A stretch of 64,000 nt of DNA from Ignavibacteriota bacterium (GCA_016212665.1 JACREZ010000033.1:7533-71532), one strand, 5' to 3'; positions 1-9,738 are shown, counted from the stretch's first letter. The notes: generated from the letters alone by a model not told the origin. Made by a program: numbers and translations.

Positions 1-374
1 TAGAAAACTTTCTTTTCTTTATCTGAAAGCGTTTTGAAAATGTTTTGTTCCTGAATAATCGGTTTCAGAGTCGAGTAAGGATACGGTCCAAAATGTTTGC
101 CGATAAACTTCGAGGCGTTCATTCCTGTCATCAACGCTGTTTGTCCGGTCCCACTTTGTGGTAATCCCTCAACGCCAAGCGTCGCATTGATTGGAACGAG
201 TGAAGTGACCGAGTTTGAAAATGATGAACTGTGCAACGAAGGAATATTCCCGTCAAGAAGCGTGTTGAGTGTTTTTAGATTCGCGGCAAAGAACGGATTG
301 ATGTTTGCATCCTTCTTCCCAATTCCAACACCATCAAGAAAGAGCATCAAGACATGGGGAGATTTCTGTTTCAT
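1..374 (-). CDS. alkaline-phosphatase-superfamily metalloenzyme (cofactor-independent phosphoglycerate mutase / phosphopentomutase-like), N-terminal part, runs off window
   Basis: Own translation of the minus strand from ATG (374-372): MKQKSPHVLMLFLDGVGIGKKD...GVEGLPQSGTGQTALMTGMN..., open to position 1. The start abuts the dtd stop. Absent from the ORF track because there is no stop in the window. Confidence 0.5.
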   Translation of the reverse strand, partial: MKQKSPHVLMLFLDGVGIGKKDANINPFFAANLKTLNTLLDGNIPSLHSSSFSNSVTSLVPINATLGVEGLPQSGTGQTALMTGMNASKFIGKHFGPYPYSTLKPIIQEQNIFKTLSDKEKKVF

Positions 375-824
375 TCACGATTTGTCTTCAAGCATTACCG
401 TAACCGGACCGTCGTTGACAAGTTGGACATCCATCATTGCACGGAAAACTCCCGTCGCCACTCTCGCATCACCGATTTCATGACGAAGAAATTTCACAAA
501 CTCCCCGTACAATGCTTCTGCCTGTTGTGGCGGAGCGGCATCTACAAAACTCGGACGATTTCCTTTTCGTGTGTCCGCATACAATGTGAACTGAGAAACA
601 ACCAACACTTCTCCGGAAATATCTTTCACAGAAAGATTCATTTTCTGTTGAGCATCTTCAAAGATTCTCAAGTCCGCGCAGCGTCGTGCTAAATAATTCG
701 CCGCTTCGGTTGTGTCTTTGTGTGTCACTCCCAGAAATACTAACATTCCTTTCCCGATGTTATTGTGAAGTGAACCATTGATGCTCACGCTTGCCGAACT
801 CACCCGCTGTACTAATGCTCTCAC
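375..824 (-). CDS. dtd: D-aminoacyl-tRNA deacylase
   Basis: 149 aa. MRALVQRVSSASV...GMLVFLGV...SQFTLYADTRKGNRPSF...MDVQLVNDGPVT is the canonical Dtd pattern. 4-nt overlap with prmC. Confidence 0.9.
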   Translation of the reverse strand: MRALVQRVSSASVSINGSLHNNIGKGMLVFLGVTHKDTTEAANYLARRCADLRIFEDAQQKMNLSVKDISGEVLVVSQFTLYADTRKGNRPSFVDAAPPQQAEALYGEFVKFLRHEIGDARVATGVFRAMMDVQLVNDGPVTVMLEDKS

Positions 825-1711
825 GAATTTACCTTCTGTCCTTTGACAACTCTTGGTATTCGTTCTAAGTCCAACACCGCCTCAATGTTCTGAAACTTAG
901 CTTCGTGCAAGATTGATTTCACATCTTCGCTTTGATTGTATGCAACTTCAAACAGGAGCCATCCGTTCGGTTTTAATAATTGATGAGAGAGACTCGTTAT
1001 TGCTTTGTAAAATGTCAAACCATCGCTTCCATCTTTTAGTGCAAGATGAGGTTCAAAATCTGTAACTTCCTTTGAGAGCAACTCAAATTCCGAATTCGAA
1101 ATGTATGGTGGATTGGAAACGAGCATGTCATATTGTTGACTGTCCAATTCGTTTTCATATTTAAACACATCACATTTCCTTAATTGAACTCTGTCAGAAA
1201 CTTCATGCATATCAACATTTTTCCGGGCGACTGAAAGTGCTTCATCACTTACATCAATCGAATCAGCGTGTACTTTCTTTTGAAAGTGAACGATACTAAT
1301 TGGAATATTTCCCGAACCCGTTCCAATATCTAACACCCGGATTTCTTCATTCTCTCTGCTTTTAAGAAGTGTTAATGCTTCGCTGACTAAAATTTCTGTT
1401 TCAGGTCGCGGAATGAGAACCTTCTTATCAACATAAAATTGCAGTCCCATGAAATGCGCTTCGTTGGTGATGTATTGAATCGGTTCGTGTTCTAATTTCC
1501 TTTTGAAAAGTTCTTTGAAGTGGGCAAGTTCCTCCTTCGACAACATTTTTTCAAACTGAGAATACAAATCAATCCGTTTGCATTTGAGAACATGACACAA
1601 CAACAAATCCGTCGTCAGTTTCGGACTGTCAATCTCTTTCTCCTTCAAATACTCCACGGACCAATTTTGGAGAGAGAGGATTGTCCATTGTTGAGGGTTG
1701 GTTACTGACAT
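821..1711 (-). CDS. prmC: peptide chain release factor N5-glutamine methyltransferase
   Basis: 296 aa. SAM-binding VLDIGTGSGNI and catalytic NPPY (VSNPPYI). HemK/PrmC length and layout. Confidence 0.85.
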   Translation of the reverse strand: MSVTNPQQWTILSLQNWSVEYLKEKEIDSPKLTTDLLLCHVLKCKRIDLYSQFEKMLSKEELAHFKELFKRKLEHEPIQYITNEAHFMGLQFYVDKKVLIPRPETEILVSEALTLLKSRENEEIRVLDIGTGSGNIPISIVHFQKKVHADSIDVSDEALSVARKNVDMHEVSDRVQLRKCDVFKYENELDSQQYDMLVSNPPYISNSEFELLSKEVTDFEPHLALKDGSDGLTFYKAITSLSHQLLKPNGWLLFEVAYNQSEDVKSILHEAKFQNIEAVLDLERIPRVVKGQKVNS

Positions 1712-1712
1712 A

Positions 1713-1901
1713 TTAAAATTTGGGCTCTATCCCCGCTTGCTTACAAAGTTGATTTGCTGTTATACGGTCAATCGTTGTGTGCCGTTTTATTGGTATCGCT
1801 TTCTTTCCGTTAGTATAGATTGTGTGCTTTTTACCTTCCCTCAGAAAAGAATACCCGCTTTCTTCAAAATGTTTGATAATGTCGCGCCTCTTGACTGACA
1901 T
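1713..1901 (-). CDS. hicA: HicA-like toxin (YcfA/HicA family mRNA interferase)
   Basis: 62 aa, basic. ...IKHFEESGYSFLREGKKHTIY...IPIKRH... resembles the HicA fold signature. Abuts an upstream HicB-like gene with no gap. Confidence 0.6.
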   Translation of the reverse strand: MSVKRRDIIKHFEESGYSFLREGKKHTIYTNGKKAIPIKRHTTIDRITANQLCKQAGIEPKF

Positions 1902-2138
1902 TTATACTAATTCACCTTCAACAGGAAGTTGTTCGTAGATTCCACCACCAACTGGTATTTCTTTCCCGAGTTGGTTATATGCGAGCACCATCTCATTGAG
2001 TGCATCCGAAAGTAATTCCCGACATTCTTCTAAAGTACTTCCTTCTGTAATAACTTCGGGCCACTCCACTAATTGCCCCATGTACCCTGACTCAATATGT
2101 GTGTATTTTGCTGTAAATGATTTCATGATGTACTTCAT
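1902..2138 (-). CDS. hicB: HicB-like antitoxin (UPF0150 family)
   Basis: 78 aa. ...GYMGQLVEWPEVITEGSTLEECRELLSDALNEMV... is the typical HicB N-terminal domain. Directly upstream of the HicA-like gene. Confidence 0.65.
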   Translation of the reverse strand: MKYIMKSFTAKYTHIESGYMGQLVEWPEVITEGSTLEECRELLSDALNEMVLAYNQLGKEIPVGGGIYEQLPVEGELV

Positions 2139-2189
2139 TATTTCGAGGATAAGATAGTAACCGAAAAGAGAAAAACCAAGCGATGTCTG

Positions 2190-2411
2190 TTACAGTAATT
2201 CGATAAACTCTTCAACTGTCATCCCTGAATTTCGAATCAATGACCGGAGTGTCCCCGTTGATAATTCTTTATGCTGAGGAATAGAAAGGTTGACACGCAT
2301 ACCCTGTTTAATCATAACAACATGACTCCCGACTTGTCCAACATTTTTCCACCCTGCTTTTGAAAATGCCTTCACAGTTTCCTTACCGGAAATATTTCCT
2401 AACCTGCCCAT
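2190..2411 (-). CDS. hicA: HicA family toxin
   Basis: 73 aa. SGKETVKAFSKAGWKNVGQVGSHVVM...IPQHKELSTGTLRSLIRNSGMT is a good HicA consensus (GSH, P.H.EL..GTL..I). 1-nt overlap with the upstream hicB. Confidence 0.8.
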   Translation of the reverse strand: MGRLGNISGKETVKAFSKAGWKNVGQVGSHVVMIKQGMRVNLSIPQHKELSTGTLRSLIRNSGMTVEEFIELL

Positions 2412-2626
2412 TACACTGCAACGACTACAGGATAATTAGTTTCATGTTGTTGAAAATTTGCCACTGCTTTTTGGTCTTCTGCCCAAAGCCATGCTGTAAT
2501 TGCTTCTTTCACATTTTCTATGGCTTCTTTCTCATCCTTCCCTTGAGAAACGCAACCGGGCAATGCCGGACACTCTGCAACGACCCAACCATCTTCTGCT
2601 TGTTGTAATGTAATATGAAATATCAT
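2411..2626 (-). CDS. hicB: HicB family antitoxin
   Basis: 71 aa. EDGWVVAECPALPGCVSQGKDEKEAIENVKEAI is the classical HicB/UPF0150 motif. Confidence 0.8.
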   Translation of the reverse strand: MIFHITLQQAEDGWVVAECPALPGCVSQGKDEKEAIENVKEAITAWLWAEDQKAVANFQQHETNYPVVVAV

Positions 2627-2691
2627 TTATACACCTAATTAATGTTGTTAAGAATACAAAACGAAATGAACAAATACAAGTAAATGACTGC

Positions 2692-4434
2692 TTAAATTCC
2701 TCTCACCACCACCATCGTAATATCATCATATTGTGTTGTTCCCGTACTGTGTTGCTGAACTGCGGCAACGATTTCGTTGAGAATCTTTTCTGCTGGTTCC
2801 GTTGCATTTGCTTTGATGACTTCCTCCAATTTCGGCTCGCCGAGTTCTTCTCCCTCTTTGCTCATTGCTTCACTAACTCCGTCGGTGAAAAGGATGAGCG
2901 CTTCTCCTTCGTTCAATTGCGCGGTTCCCTGTTCATACGGCATCATTGTTTTCATCACACCGAAAATTATTCCACCCTTATCGAGTCGCTCAAGTGTTCC
3001 ATCCTTGTGAAGAATGTACGGAGGATTGTGTCCGGCGTTGACATACATAAGTGATTTTGTTTCGCTGTCAATAATTGCAAGGAAAAACGTAATGAATTTA
3101 TCTGAAGTTGTGTTTTCAAAAATCAAATCATTTACTCGTGCAGAAAGTTCGGGGAGCGTTAGACCAAGTGGAACAAGCGCGTGAATTGCCGCCTGAAGAT
3201 TCGCCATGAGTAATGATGCCGGCGTTCCCTTTCCCGATACATCTCCGATTGCCACAAGCACTTTTGTCTCCGACAAACGTATGACATCGTAATAATCTCC
3301 GCCGACTTGTTTGGAGGAAATATTTGTCGCCGCAATATCGTAATGCGGAATTGCCGGCAGAACGGACGGAAGCAATCCCTTTTGAATTTCTCTTGCTATC
3401 AGCAATTCGTCTTCCATCTTTTGTTTCTCGATTGCATCACGGAAGAGCCGGGCATTTTCAAGAGAAATCATTGCAAGATTTCCCAACGATGAAAGAAATT
3501 CCAAGTCGGTTTGCGTGTATTCTCCTCCCCTCATTCGTTCACCGACGCCGAGAATTCCCTTCACCTCGTTTTGAATTTTAAGCGGCACAAGCACCTGAAC
3601 TCCCGCGTCTTTCAACATCGAACAAAATACTTTGTATGGCTTTTTCGTAAGTGATTCAATCAATGTCGGTTGTTGGATGGTAGAAATTGCTTCGAGACAT
3701 AACGGGCTCAACTCTTTCTGTAACCGGGAAAGAACAACCTGCATCGCCCGTTCTTTTTTCAAACAAACAAAATAACGACTTGTTCCAACCTGACCGAGCA
3801 ATGAAAACGAGAGCAACTTCAACAATCGTTCCGCATCAAGCGCCGCGTTGAATTCTTTGCTCATCTCGAACAACGTATTGAGTTCCTGCACCTTCCCGTC
3901 CAATCGGCGATTCACCTGCTTCACCTCTTCTATTATCAAACTCTTTTCAATTGCAGTTGCGGCAATGTTTGCCAATGATTTGATGTACGTTTCTTCCTTC
4001 TGCCCGAGTTTTTTGATTTTCTGCAACGGGCTGAATCCTGCAATACCAAAAATCCTTTCTCTCACGAGCAAAGGAATAAGCACAGATATTCCTTGTTCAC
4101 GAAACAGTTTTAGCCACGGATATTTTCTTGCATCTTCGCGCTGAACATACACAATACGCTGAGGGATTTTCTTACAAACAATTTCCGTGTTCAATAACTC
4201 CGTATGTATTCCTTTAGTTGTTTTGACAGCAAACTTCTCTTCCTCTTTCTTCAACAAAATTATTCCCCGTGTGGAAAGGATTTTTCCCATGATGGTGAGA
4301 AGAAAATGTCCGAGGATGAAATTTAAGTCAAGAGAAGCGTTGACGATGTTGCTGAATTCAAAAAGCGCGGAAAGGTCAAACCGGTCGGTTTGTTGTCGGT
4401 CTCCTTGCGAAGAGGAGGGTGAAAGACGAGCCAT
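2692..4434 (-). CDS. GAF-domain PP2C-type (SpoIIE/RsbU-like) serine phosphatase
   Basis: 580 aa. Two GAF-like N-terminal regions, then AREIQKGLLP...VGGDYYDV...GDVSGKGTPASLLMA...FTDGVSEA...DDITMVV, which are SpoIIE/PP2C motifs. Confidence 0.85.
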   Translation of the reverse strand: MARLSPSSSQGDRQQTDRFDLSALFEFSNIVNASLDLNFILGHFLLTIMGKILSTRGIILLKKEEEKFAVKTTKGIHTELLNTEIVCKKIPQRIVYVQREDARKYPWLKLFREQGISVLIPLLVRERIFGIAGFSPLQKIKKLGQKEETYIKSLANIAATAIEKSLIIEEVKQVNRRLDGKVQELNTLFEMSKEFNAALDAERLLKLLSFSLLGQVGTSRYFVCLKKERAMQVVLSRLQKELSPLCLEAISTIQQPTLIESLTKKPYKVFCSMLKDAGVQVLVPLKIQNEVKGILGVGERMRGGEYTQTDLEFLSSLGNLAMISLENARLFRDAIEKQKMEDELLIAREIQKGLLPSVLPAIPHYDIAATNISSKQVGGDYYDVIRLSETKVLVAIGDVSGKGTPASLLMANLQAAIHALVPLGLTLPELSARVNDLIFENTTSDKFITFFLAIIDSETKSLMYVNAGHNPPYILHKDGTLERLDKGGIIFGVMKTMMPYEQGTAQLNEGEALILFTDGVSEAMSKEGEELGEPKLEEVIKANATEPAEKILNEIVAAVQQHSTGTTQYDDITMVVVRGI

Positions 4435-4437
4435 ACG

Positions 4438-4863
4438 TTATGCAGGTTTTTTGTCGGAAAGATATTTTACCATTCGTACAACATTATTTTTTTCATTTGA
4501 TTTATACTCAACATTATCCATGAGTGAACGCATGAGATGCATCCCCAAACCGCCGCGACGAAAATGGGAAAGATATTCTTTCATGTTCGGCGATGGAATG
4601 TGCGCAGGGTCGAACGACTTCCCTTCATCGGAAATTTGTATCTCAAACGCTCCGTTCTTTTGTGAAACATGAATGACAATCTTTTTATCGGAAGCGTATT
4701 GGTACGCGTGCTTGATAACGTTCGTACACGCTTCATCCACAGCGAGCGAAATCATTCCCACCATTTCTTCGTCGAATCCGAAATCACGCGCCAAGCCAGC
4801 GACGAAATCACGTGCTTCGCGAAGGTGTTCAGTTCGACTTTGTATGATTAACTGTTCTGACAT
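4438..4863 (-). CDS. anti-sigma regulatory factor-type serine kinase (RsbW/SpoIIAB-like, HATPase_c)
   Basis: 141 aa. ...LAVDEACTNVIKHAY...ISDEGKSFDP...GGLGMHLMRSLMD is the GHKL ATPase signature. Sits between the STAS and phosphatase genes. Confidence 0.8.
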   Translation of the reverse strand: MSEQLIIQSRTEHLREARDFVAGLARDFGFDEEMVGMISLAVDEACTNVIKHAYQYASDKKIVIHVSQKNGAFEIQISDEGKSFDPAHIPSPNMKEYLSHFRRGGLGMHLMRSLMDNVEYKSNEKNNVVRMVKYLSDKKPA

Positions 4864-4886
4864 TGTTTACATGGTTGATGAGAATT

Positions 4887-5234
4887 CTATGCGCCGAATT
4901 TTTTTACTGCGTCGGTTTCTTCCTGCGTGATGTCGTACAGAAGCGGGAAGCCGAGCAAATCAAACACGTTATAGACTTTCGGCGTCAGGTTCGAGAGTTT
5001 GATATCGCCCGAATTTTTTCTCACTTCTTCAATGAACATCATAAACACGCCAAGCCCCGCGCTGCTGATGTAATTGAGATTTTTGCAGTTTACAACTATT
5101 TTAAATTTCTTGTCATCTAATAATTTACTGAACGCGGATTCCAAATCCGGCGCAGTGTGCGCGTCAAGGTAGCCTTTTATATCAACGACATGTATATCGT
5201 TGATGTTGCGTACGTTAAGTTTGAAATCACTCAT
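4887..5234 (-). CDS. STAS-domain anti-sigma-factor antagonist (RsbV/SpoIIAA-like)
   Basis: 115 aa. ...VDIKGYLDAHTAPDLE...NLNYISSAGLGVFM... includes the conserved phosphorylatable Ser context (ISSAG). Confidence 0.85.
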   Translation of the reverse strand: MSDFKLNVRNINDIHVVDIKGYLDAHTAPDLESAFSKLLDDKKFKIVVNCKNLNYISSAGLGVFMMFIEEVRKNSGDIKLSNLTPKVYNVFDLLGFPLLYDITQEETDAVKKFGA

Positions 5235-5243
5235 ACATAATTC

Positions 5244-7370
5244 CTACAAAATTGTTGATGGTTTTCGCCATTTGAGAACAACGAGCGTCAAATCATCTTC
5301 CGGCGGCTGATGTCCCATGTGCGTATCCACCGCGGTAATGATTGCATCGCGTATTTCAATAGCATTATTGTTGCGTACGGTCTTCCCAATTTCGAGCAAC
5401 GGGTCATATCCGAATTCTTCGCCTGACGATTGTCGCGCTTCCGTAATTCCATCGGTAAATAACACGGCAACATCACCCGGCTGCATTTGAATTTCTTCTT
5501 CTGCTAGCGTGAGGGCAAAGAAATCCGGACTTCCCATTCCAAGACCGAGACCTTTCGGTTGAACAAACCGTACGTTGTTTTCTGCAATATACAACATTGG
5601 ACAATGTCCTGCACGTGCGACCTGTAACTTTCCGGTTCGTAAATCAAGTACGATATAAATAACACTAATGAACCAACGCTTGTCTATTGTTTCTGCAAGA
5701 GCCGCGTGCGCTTTGATGAGAAACTCTTTCGGCGAACGATAAATCTTACTGAGCGATTGGAATATTCCTTTCATCTCTGCCATGTAGAACGCCGCAGAAA
5801 CTCCTTTACCCGAAACATCACCGACAATAATTCCAAGATGATGTTCATCGAGCATCGTGTAATCATAATAATCGCCGCCGACCTCGAACGCCGGAGTTGA
5901 GAGGGCTTCGATTTCCACTTCTTTGAAGTCGGGCAAGATTTGCGGCAGGAGTTTCTTCTGCATCTCCTGTGCGACCATCATTTCGCGAAGCAATCGTTCG
6001 CGCTCTAATGATTTTTCAATCAAACGCGAATTATCAATCGCAATTGTCGCCTGGTCGGCAAACGCGGTGATGACATCAACATCGTCTTTATCAAAACCAT
6101 ACGCTATATCTTTCGTCGCATATAAAATGCCGATGAAATTATCGTGCGATTGTAACGGGACAATAACCAATGAACCTATTTTATGTTTGATGTCAGAGAG
6201 ATGTTCGGTCCGTTTGTCATTTTCGACATCATCAATAACAAGCGCTTTCCGGGTTTGAAGAACCGTATCACGGAGTGAACTTCCGTTTGCCGAAACAATT
6301 TCTGTCACTTCACTATGGGAAATGTTTTTCAATCCGACAGTCTCAATATTATTATCATGAATTCCTGAAAGCGAAATTGTTCTTGTGCTGGATTCTTTAA
6401 TGATTTCAAGCCACGAACTTTTTGCCTGAACAACGTCAAGCGTCATCCTCGTTACCGATTCCACTAACTCATTGAAATCAAACACTTGCGTTACAAGGCG
6501 ACTGAGATTGTGGAGCGATGTCACTTCCGTCATTTTTCTGTCGAATGCTTCGGCAGTCGGCAGATGGAACAACGTACTGAGAAATGTCATTCCGAAATAG
6601 ATTGTTGAGAAGACACTGATGCTTGAACAGAACGACTTGAGCGGCGGCGAATAAAACAGCAACGATTTACCAACCATCGAACTGCTCAACAGCATAATAT
6701 CAAAACCGATGAAAATGCAGAACAGTATGAACCCAAACAGCATCGTAAACATCTTCTCCCGTTTTGTAAGATAAACAATCCACGAAAGCCGGAAGGCGTT
6801 CATCAACATCGCCGTTATGGTCAGCGCAAATAATATGGAAGTGAGGATACTTGTATCTAATGGTTCAGCGGCAAACGAAGTGAGTGATGTTACCAACAAC
6901 AATGCCGTAAGAAGCAGGAAATTTCGTCGCGTCCCTTTTCTTCGTTTTGAGAGAATGATGTCGCGTACGCTGAGAAAAATAATAATCATCAACGCGCCAA
7001 CAACGATACCCAAAATGTTGGCAAGGACAACAACATCGAACCCTAACGGTATGAGTGAATATCCTTTGATGTCGAAATCACTGTTGGGGATGAATGATAA
7101 AACCAACATGGCAATACCAATCACGATTGAGAGAACAAGCCCGAACCCTAATTTCTTCACCGGACTTTGTTCCCGCTTCCACATTGATTCTATCAATAAA
7201 TAAAATAACACGAAGGCAACGATAAGCAGAACATCGCGGATTACTCCAAGCCATCCCATCTCTATGTCAAGACTTCGCCGGATGAGGTCGCCGATAAAAA
7301 CAAGAACCAACAACCCTGCCGATGTTAACAGCAGGAATGCTTTTTTCAATTTTGTCCGAAGGGCAGTCAC
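5244..7370 (-). CDS. multi-pass membrane GAF-SpoIIE (PP2C) phosphatase
   Basis: 708 aa. About 8 hydrophobic helices in the first 270 aa, a GAF-like middle, then AQEMQKKLLP...VGGDYYDY...GDVSGKGVSAAFYMA...FTDGITEA...DDLTLVVL. Confidence 0.85.
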   Translation of the reverse strand: MTALRTKLKKAFLLLTSAGLLVLVFIGDLIRRSLDIEMGWLGVIRDVLLIVAFVLFYLLIESMWKREQSPVKKLGFGLVLSIVIGIAMLVLSFIPNSDFDIKGYSLIPLGFDVVVLANILGIVVGALMIIIFLSVRDIILSKRRKGTRRNFLLLTALLLVTSLTSFAAEPLDTSILTSILFALTITAMLMNAFRLSWIVYLTKREKMFTMLFGFILFCIFIGFDIMLLSSSMVGKSLLFYSPPLKSFCSSISVFSTIYFGMTFLSTLFHLPTAEAFDRKMTEVTSLHNLSRLVTQVFDFNELVESVTRMTLDVVQAKSSWLEIIKESSTRTISLSGIHDNNIETVGLKNISHSEVTEIVSANGSSLRDTVLQTRKALVIDDVENDKRTEHLSDIKHKIGSLVIVPLQSHDNFIGILYATKDIAYGFDKDDVDVITAFADQATIAIDNSRLIEKSLERERLLREMMVAQEMQKKLLPQILPDFKEVEIEALSTPAFEVGGDYYDYTMLDEHHLGIIVGDVSGKGVSAAFYMAEMKGIFQSLSKIYRSPKEFLIKAHAALAETIDKRWFISVIYIVLDLRTGKLQVARAGHCPMLYIAENNVRFVQPKGLGLGMGSPDFFALTLAEEEIQMQPGDVAVLFTDGITEARQSSGEEFGYDPLLEIGKTVRNNNAIEIRDAIITAVDTHMGHQPPEDDLTLVVLKWRKPSTIL

Positions 7371-7385
7371 AGGTTCTTGATAAAG

Positions 7386-8735
7386 TTATATTTTATGATG
7401 TAGCCAAGCAAATGAACGAAACTTGGTGAAGTTCAATAACGTGAAGAAAATAACGTACACCGGAAGCGCAAGCCATGCACCAAGAATACCGCCGCCTAAT
7501 ACGATGGCGAATACATAAGCGACCGGTAAAAAGAGAATCCAATGTGTGATGATTTCAACTACCATAACATAAACAGTCGCGCCGCCTGCTTGCAACGCGT
7601 TCGCGAAAACAATTCCGGCTCCATACAGCATCTGTGCGACACCTGCTACTTGGAGAACCGGTCTCGCGACCTCAGTCACTTCATCATTTGTTGTGATGAG
7701 AATGATAATTGTGTCCGGTACAAGAAGGAAAAGTAATCCCACAACTATTGTAAAGATTGTTCCGATTTTCGCCGCTTCAAATCCATAACGATGCGCGTTT
7801 CCTTTGTCGCCTTTTCCGATAGATTGACCGACGAGCGTTTGCGTCGCTATACCAAGTCCAAAGCAGGGCATCATAGAAATAAACAACGCGGTTATTACAA
7901 CCTGACTCGCTGCTTGTTCCATCACACCGATAATTCCTGTAATTGCAAGAAACACAAGAAATCCGAGCAGGATAAGAATGTTTTGAAGTGAAACGGGAAT
8001 CGAAATTTTAACAATCTGTGCGATAATATCTTTTGAAATCTTCAAACCTGAAAAATACCCATACTGTTTTCGATATTCGCGCATGAAAGTTACACCGACA
8101 AAGAAAAAAAAGCCAATAATTAAACTTAGTGAATATCCGACTCCCGCTCCTGCAAGCTCCATTTTCGGGAAACCGAACGCTCCGAAAATAAATACATAAT
8201 TGAAGAAAATGTTGAAAATATTTATTACGATTGCCGATTGCATGAACACCTTTGTTCGTCCGATACCATAGAAAAATCCCCGATACGAAACAGTGAGCAG
8301 AAAAAATGGGAGTCCGAGAAATTGATACTTCATATACTCCGCACCGACTCGACCAACCGTAGAATCTTTTGCAAAAACATCCATGAGTGGTGTTGAAAGA
8401 AAATATCCGATAACTCCGAAGATGGTTCCAAGCACCAATGAAATGAGAAGCGAATTGTTAAGGACCTGACCGACTCCCTCGAAATTTCCTTCACCATGTC
8501 TTCGTGCTGTCAGCACGTGAGTTCCCGTACTGAAACTTGAGAAGAAACTTGTCAACGCCCACGTGCCAAGCAAACCCAAGCCCATCGCCGCAAGTTGGAT
8601 GTGTGAATTCTCTAACCTACCGACCATTGCCGTATTCACCAACGAGACAACCATCTGCGATGAAAGTCCGGTGATTGCAGGCGCCGCAAGTGTAAGAATT
8701 TCTCTTGCATAAACTTTATCAGGAAGTAACTTCAT
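7386..8735 (-). CDS. MATE family efflux transporter
   Basis: 449 aa, 12 predicted hydrophobic segments. The N-terminus ...EILTLAAPAITGLSSQMVVSLVNTAMVGRL is the typical MatE start. Confidence 0.85.
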   Translation of the reverse strand: MKLLPDKVYAREILTLAAPAITGLSSQMVVSLVNTAMVGRLENSHIQLAAMGLGLLGTWALTSFFSSFSTGTHVLTARRHGEGNFEGVGQVLNNSLLISLVLGTIFGVIGYFLSTPLMDVFAKDSTVGRVGAEYMKYQFLGLPFFLLTVSYRGFFYGIGRTKVFMQSAIVINIFNIFFNYVFIFGAFGFPKMELAGAGVGYSLSLIIGFFFFVGVTFMREYRKQYGYFSGLKISKDIIAQIVKISIPVSLQNILILLGFLVFLAITGIIGVMEQAASQVVITALFISMMPCFGLGIATQTLVGQSIGKGDKGNAHRYGFEAAKIGTIFTIVVGLLFLLVPDTIIILITTNDEVTEVARPVLQVAGVAQMLYGAGIVFANALQAGGATVYVMVVEIITHWILFLPVAYVFAIVLGGGILGAWLALPVYVIFFTLLNFTKFRSFAWLHHKI

Positions 8736-8884
8736 TCAGTCAAAATCGTGTGAGCCAAAGTAGGAATTTTCTTTTTGAAATCACAACTTACCGGATGCTC
8801 GATGCTGGATACTGGATGCTGGATTCTCGATTTATGATTGTTGATTCAAGATAAAACATCAAGCATCGAGCATCAAGTATCAAG

Positions 8885-8918
8885 AAACAAAAAACCCATT
8901 CGTTGAGTGAATGGGTTT
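8885..8918 (-). terminator. rho-independent terminator of the TPR gene
   Basis: On the minus strand: AAACCCATTC-actcaac-GAATGGGTTT followed by TTTTGTTTCTT. 10-bp perfect stem, 26 nt after the stop at 8944. Confidence 0.8.
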
Positions 8919-8943
8919 CGAAAATCTATAAACCGGTTACGAG

Positions 8944-9642
8944 TTATGACGAGTACTCAGCAATAAGCCTGTCAATGTCGCGCGCTTGGGTTGATTGAGG
9001 AAATTCTTTCTTGATGCGCTTGCAAAGATTGAGCGCCTTTTCCTTCTCTCCTTTCGCACTGTAATTCCGAGCGGCTGATTGGAGATACTCCGGTGTGTTC
9101 ACCGATTGGAATCCTGCCGCTTTTTCAAAGTTCGATGCGGCTTCTTCAAAATTTCCTTTTGCTTCATAACATGCGGCAACGCCGGCAATCGCTGATGCAC
9201 TTAATAACGGGTCGCTTGAACTGAAATCATCAAACATTTTCATCGCTTCATCAATATTGCCTGTTGCATAATATGCATTTGCGAGATAAAAGCCAGCCAA
9301 TTCACCGGAAGGTGAGCCGCCATAATTCTCAACGATGGCTTTCAATCCCATGACATTCTTTTCCGGGATTCCGTTGATGGCAAGATTGTACTGGTTTACA
9401 TCGCTTGCGCCGGCATCATAGTACGAAAACACTTTTCCAAGTTCTGTCGCGGCTTTCTCGTTGTTTGCATTTCGATTGTTGACAAAAATAATTATCAACA
9501 CCGCCAGCACGATAACTCCTGTTGTCACATAACTGACCAACTTTTTGTTTTCTTCATACCACATCAAAAACTTGCTGTATGAAGTAACAAGTGCATCCTC
9601 TTTTAATTCTTTCTTTGTAATTTTCTTTTTAGGTGTAAGCAT
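8944..9642 (-). CDS. membrane-anchored tetratricopeptide-repeat protein (YfgM-like)
   Basis: 232 aa. One N-terminal TM helix (VTTGVIVLAVLIIIFV), then A/Y/G-rich TPR-like repeats (AGFYLANAYYATGNIDEAMKMF, AACYEAKGNFEEAASNFEKAA). Confidence 0.7.
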   Translation of the reverse strand: MLTPKKKITKKELKEDALVTSYSKFLMWYEENKKLVSYVTTGVIVLAVLIIIFVNNRNANNEKAATELGKVFSYYDAGASDVNQYNLAINGIPEKNVMGLKAIVENYGGSPSGELAGFYLANAYYATGNIDEAMKMFDDFSSSDPLLSASAIAGVAACYEAKGNFEEAASNFEKAAGFQSVNTPEYLQSAARNYSAKGEKEKALNLCKRIKKEFPQSTQARDIDRLIAEYSS

Positions 9643-9738
9643 CTAAATAATTTTCCTTAATGATGTAATATTACAGAATCGGGGGTAAACAAGTACGAAC
9701 TAATCCGCAATTGGCATTCCGCAATTCGAAATGAGTAG

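Noticed and set aside
97-692. Plus-strand ORFs 97-483 and 354-692 at the window start
   Set aside because: They lie antisense to a well-supported minus-strand metalloenzyme gene (1-374) and dtd (375-824). The translations are low-complexity and family-less, so they are shadow ORFs.
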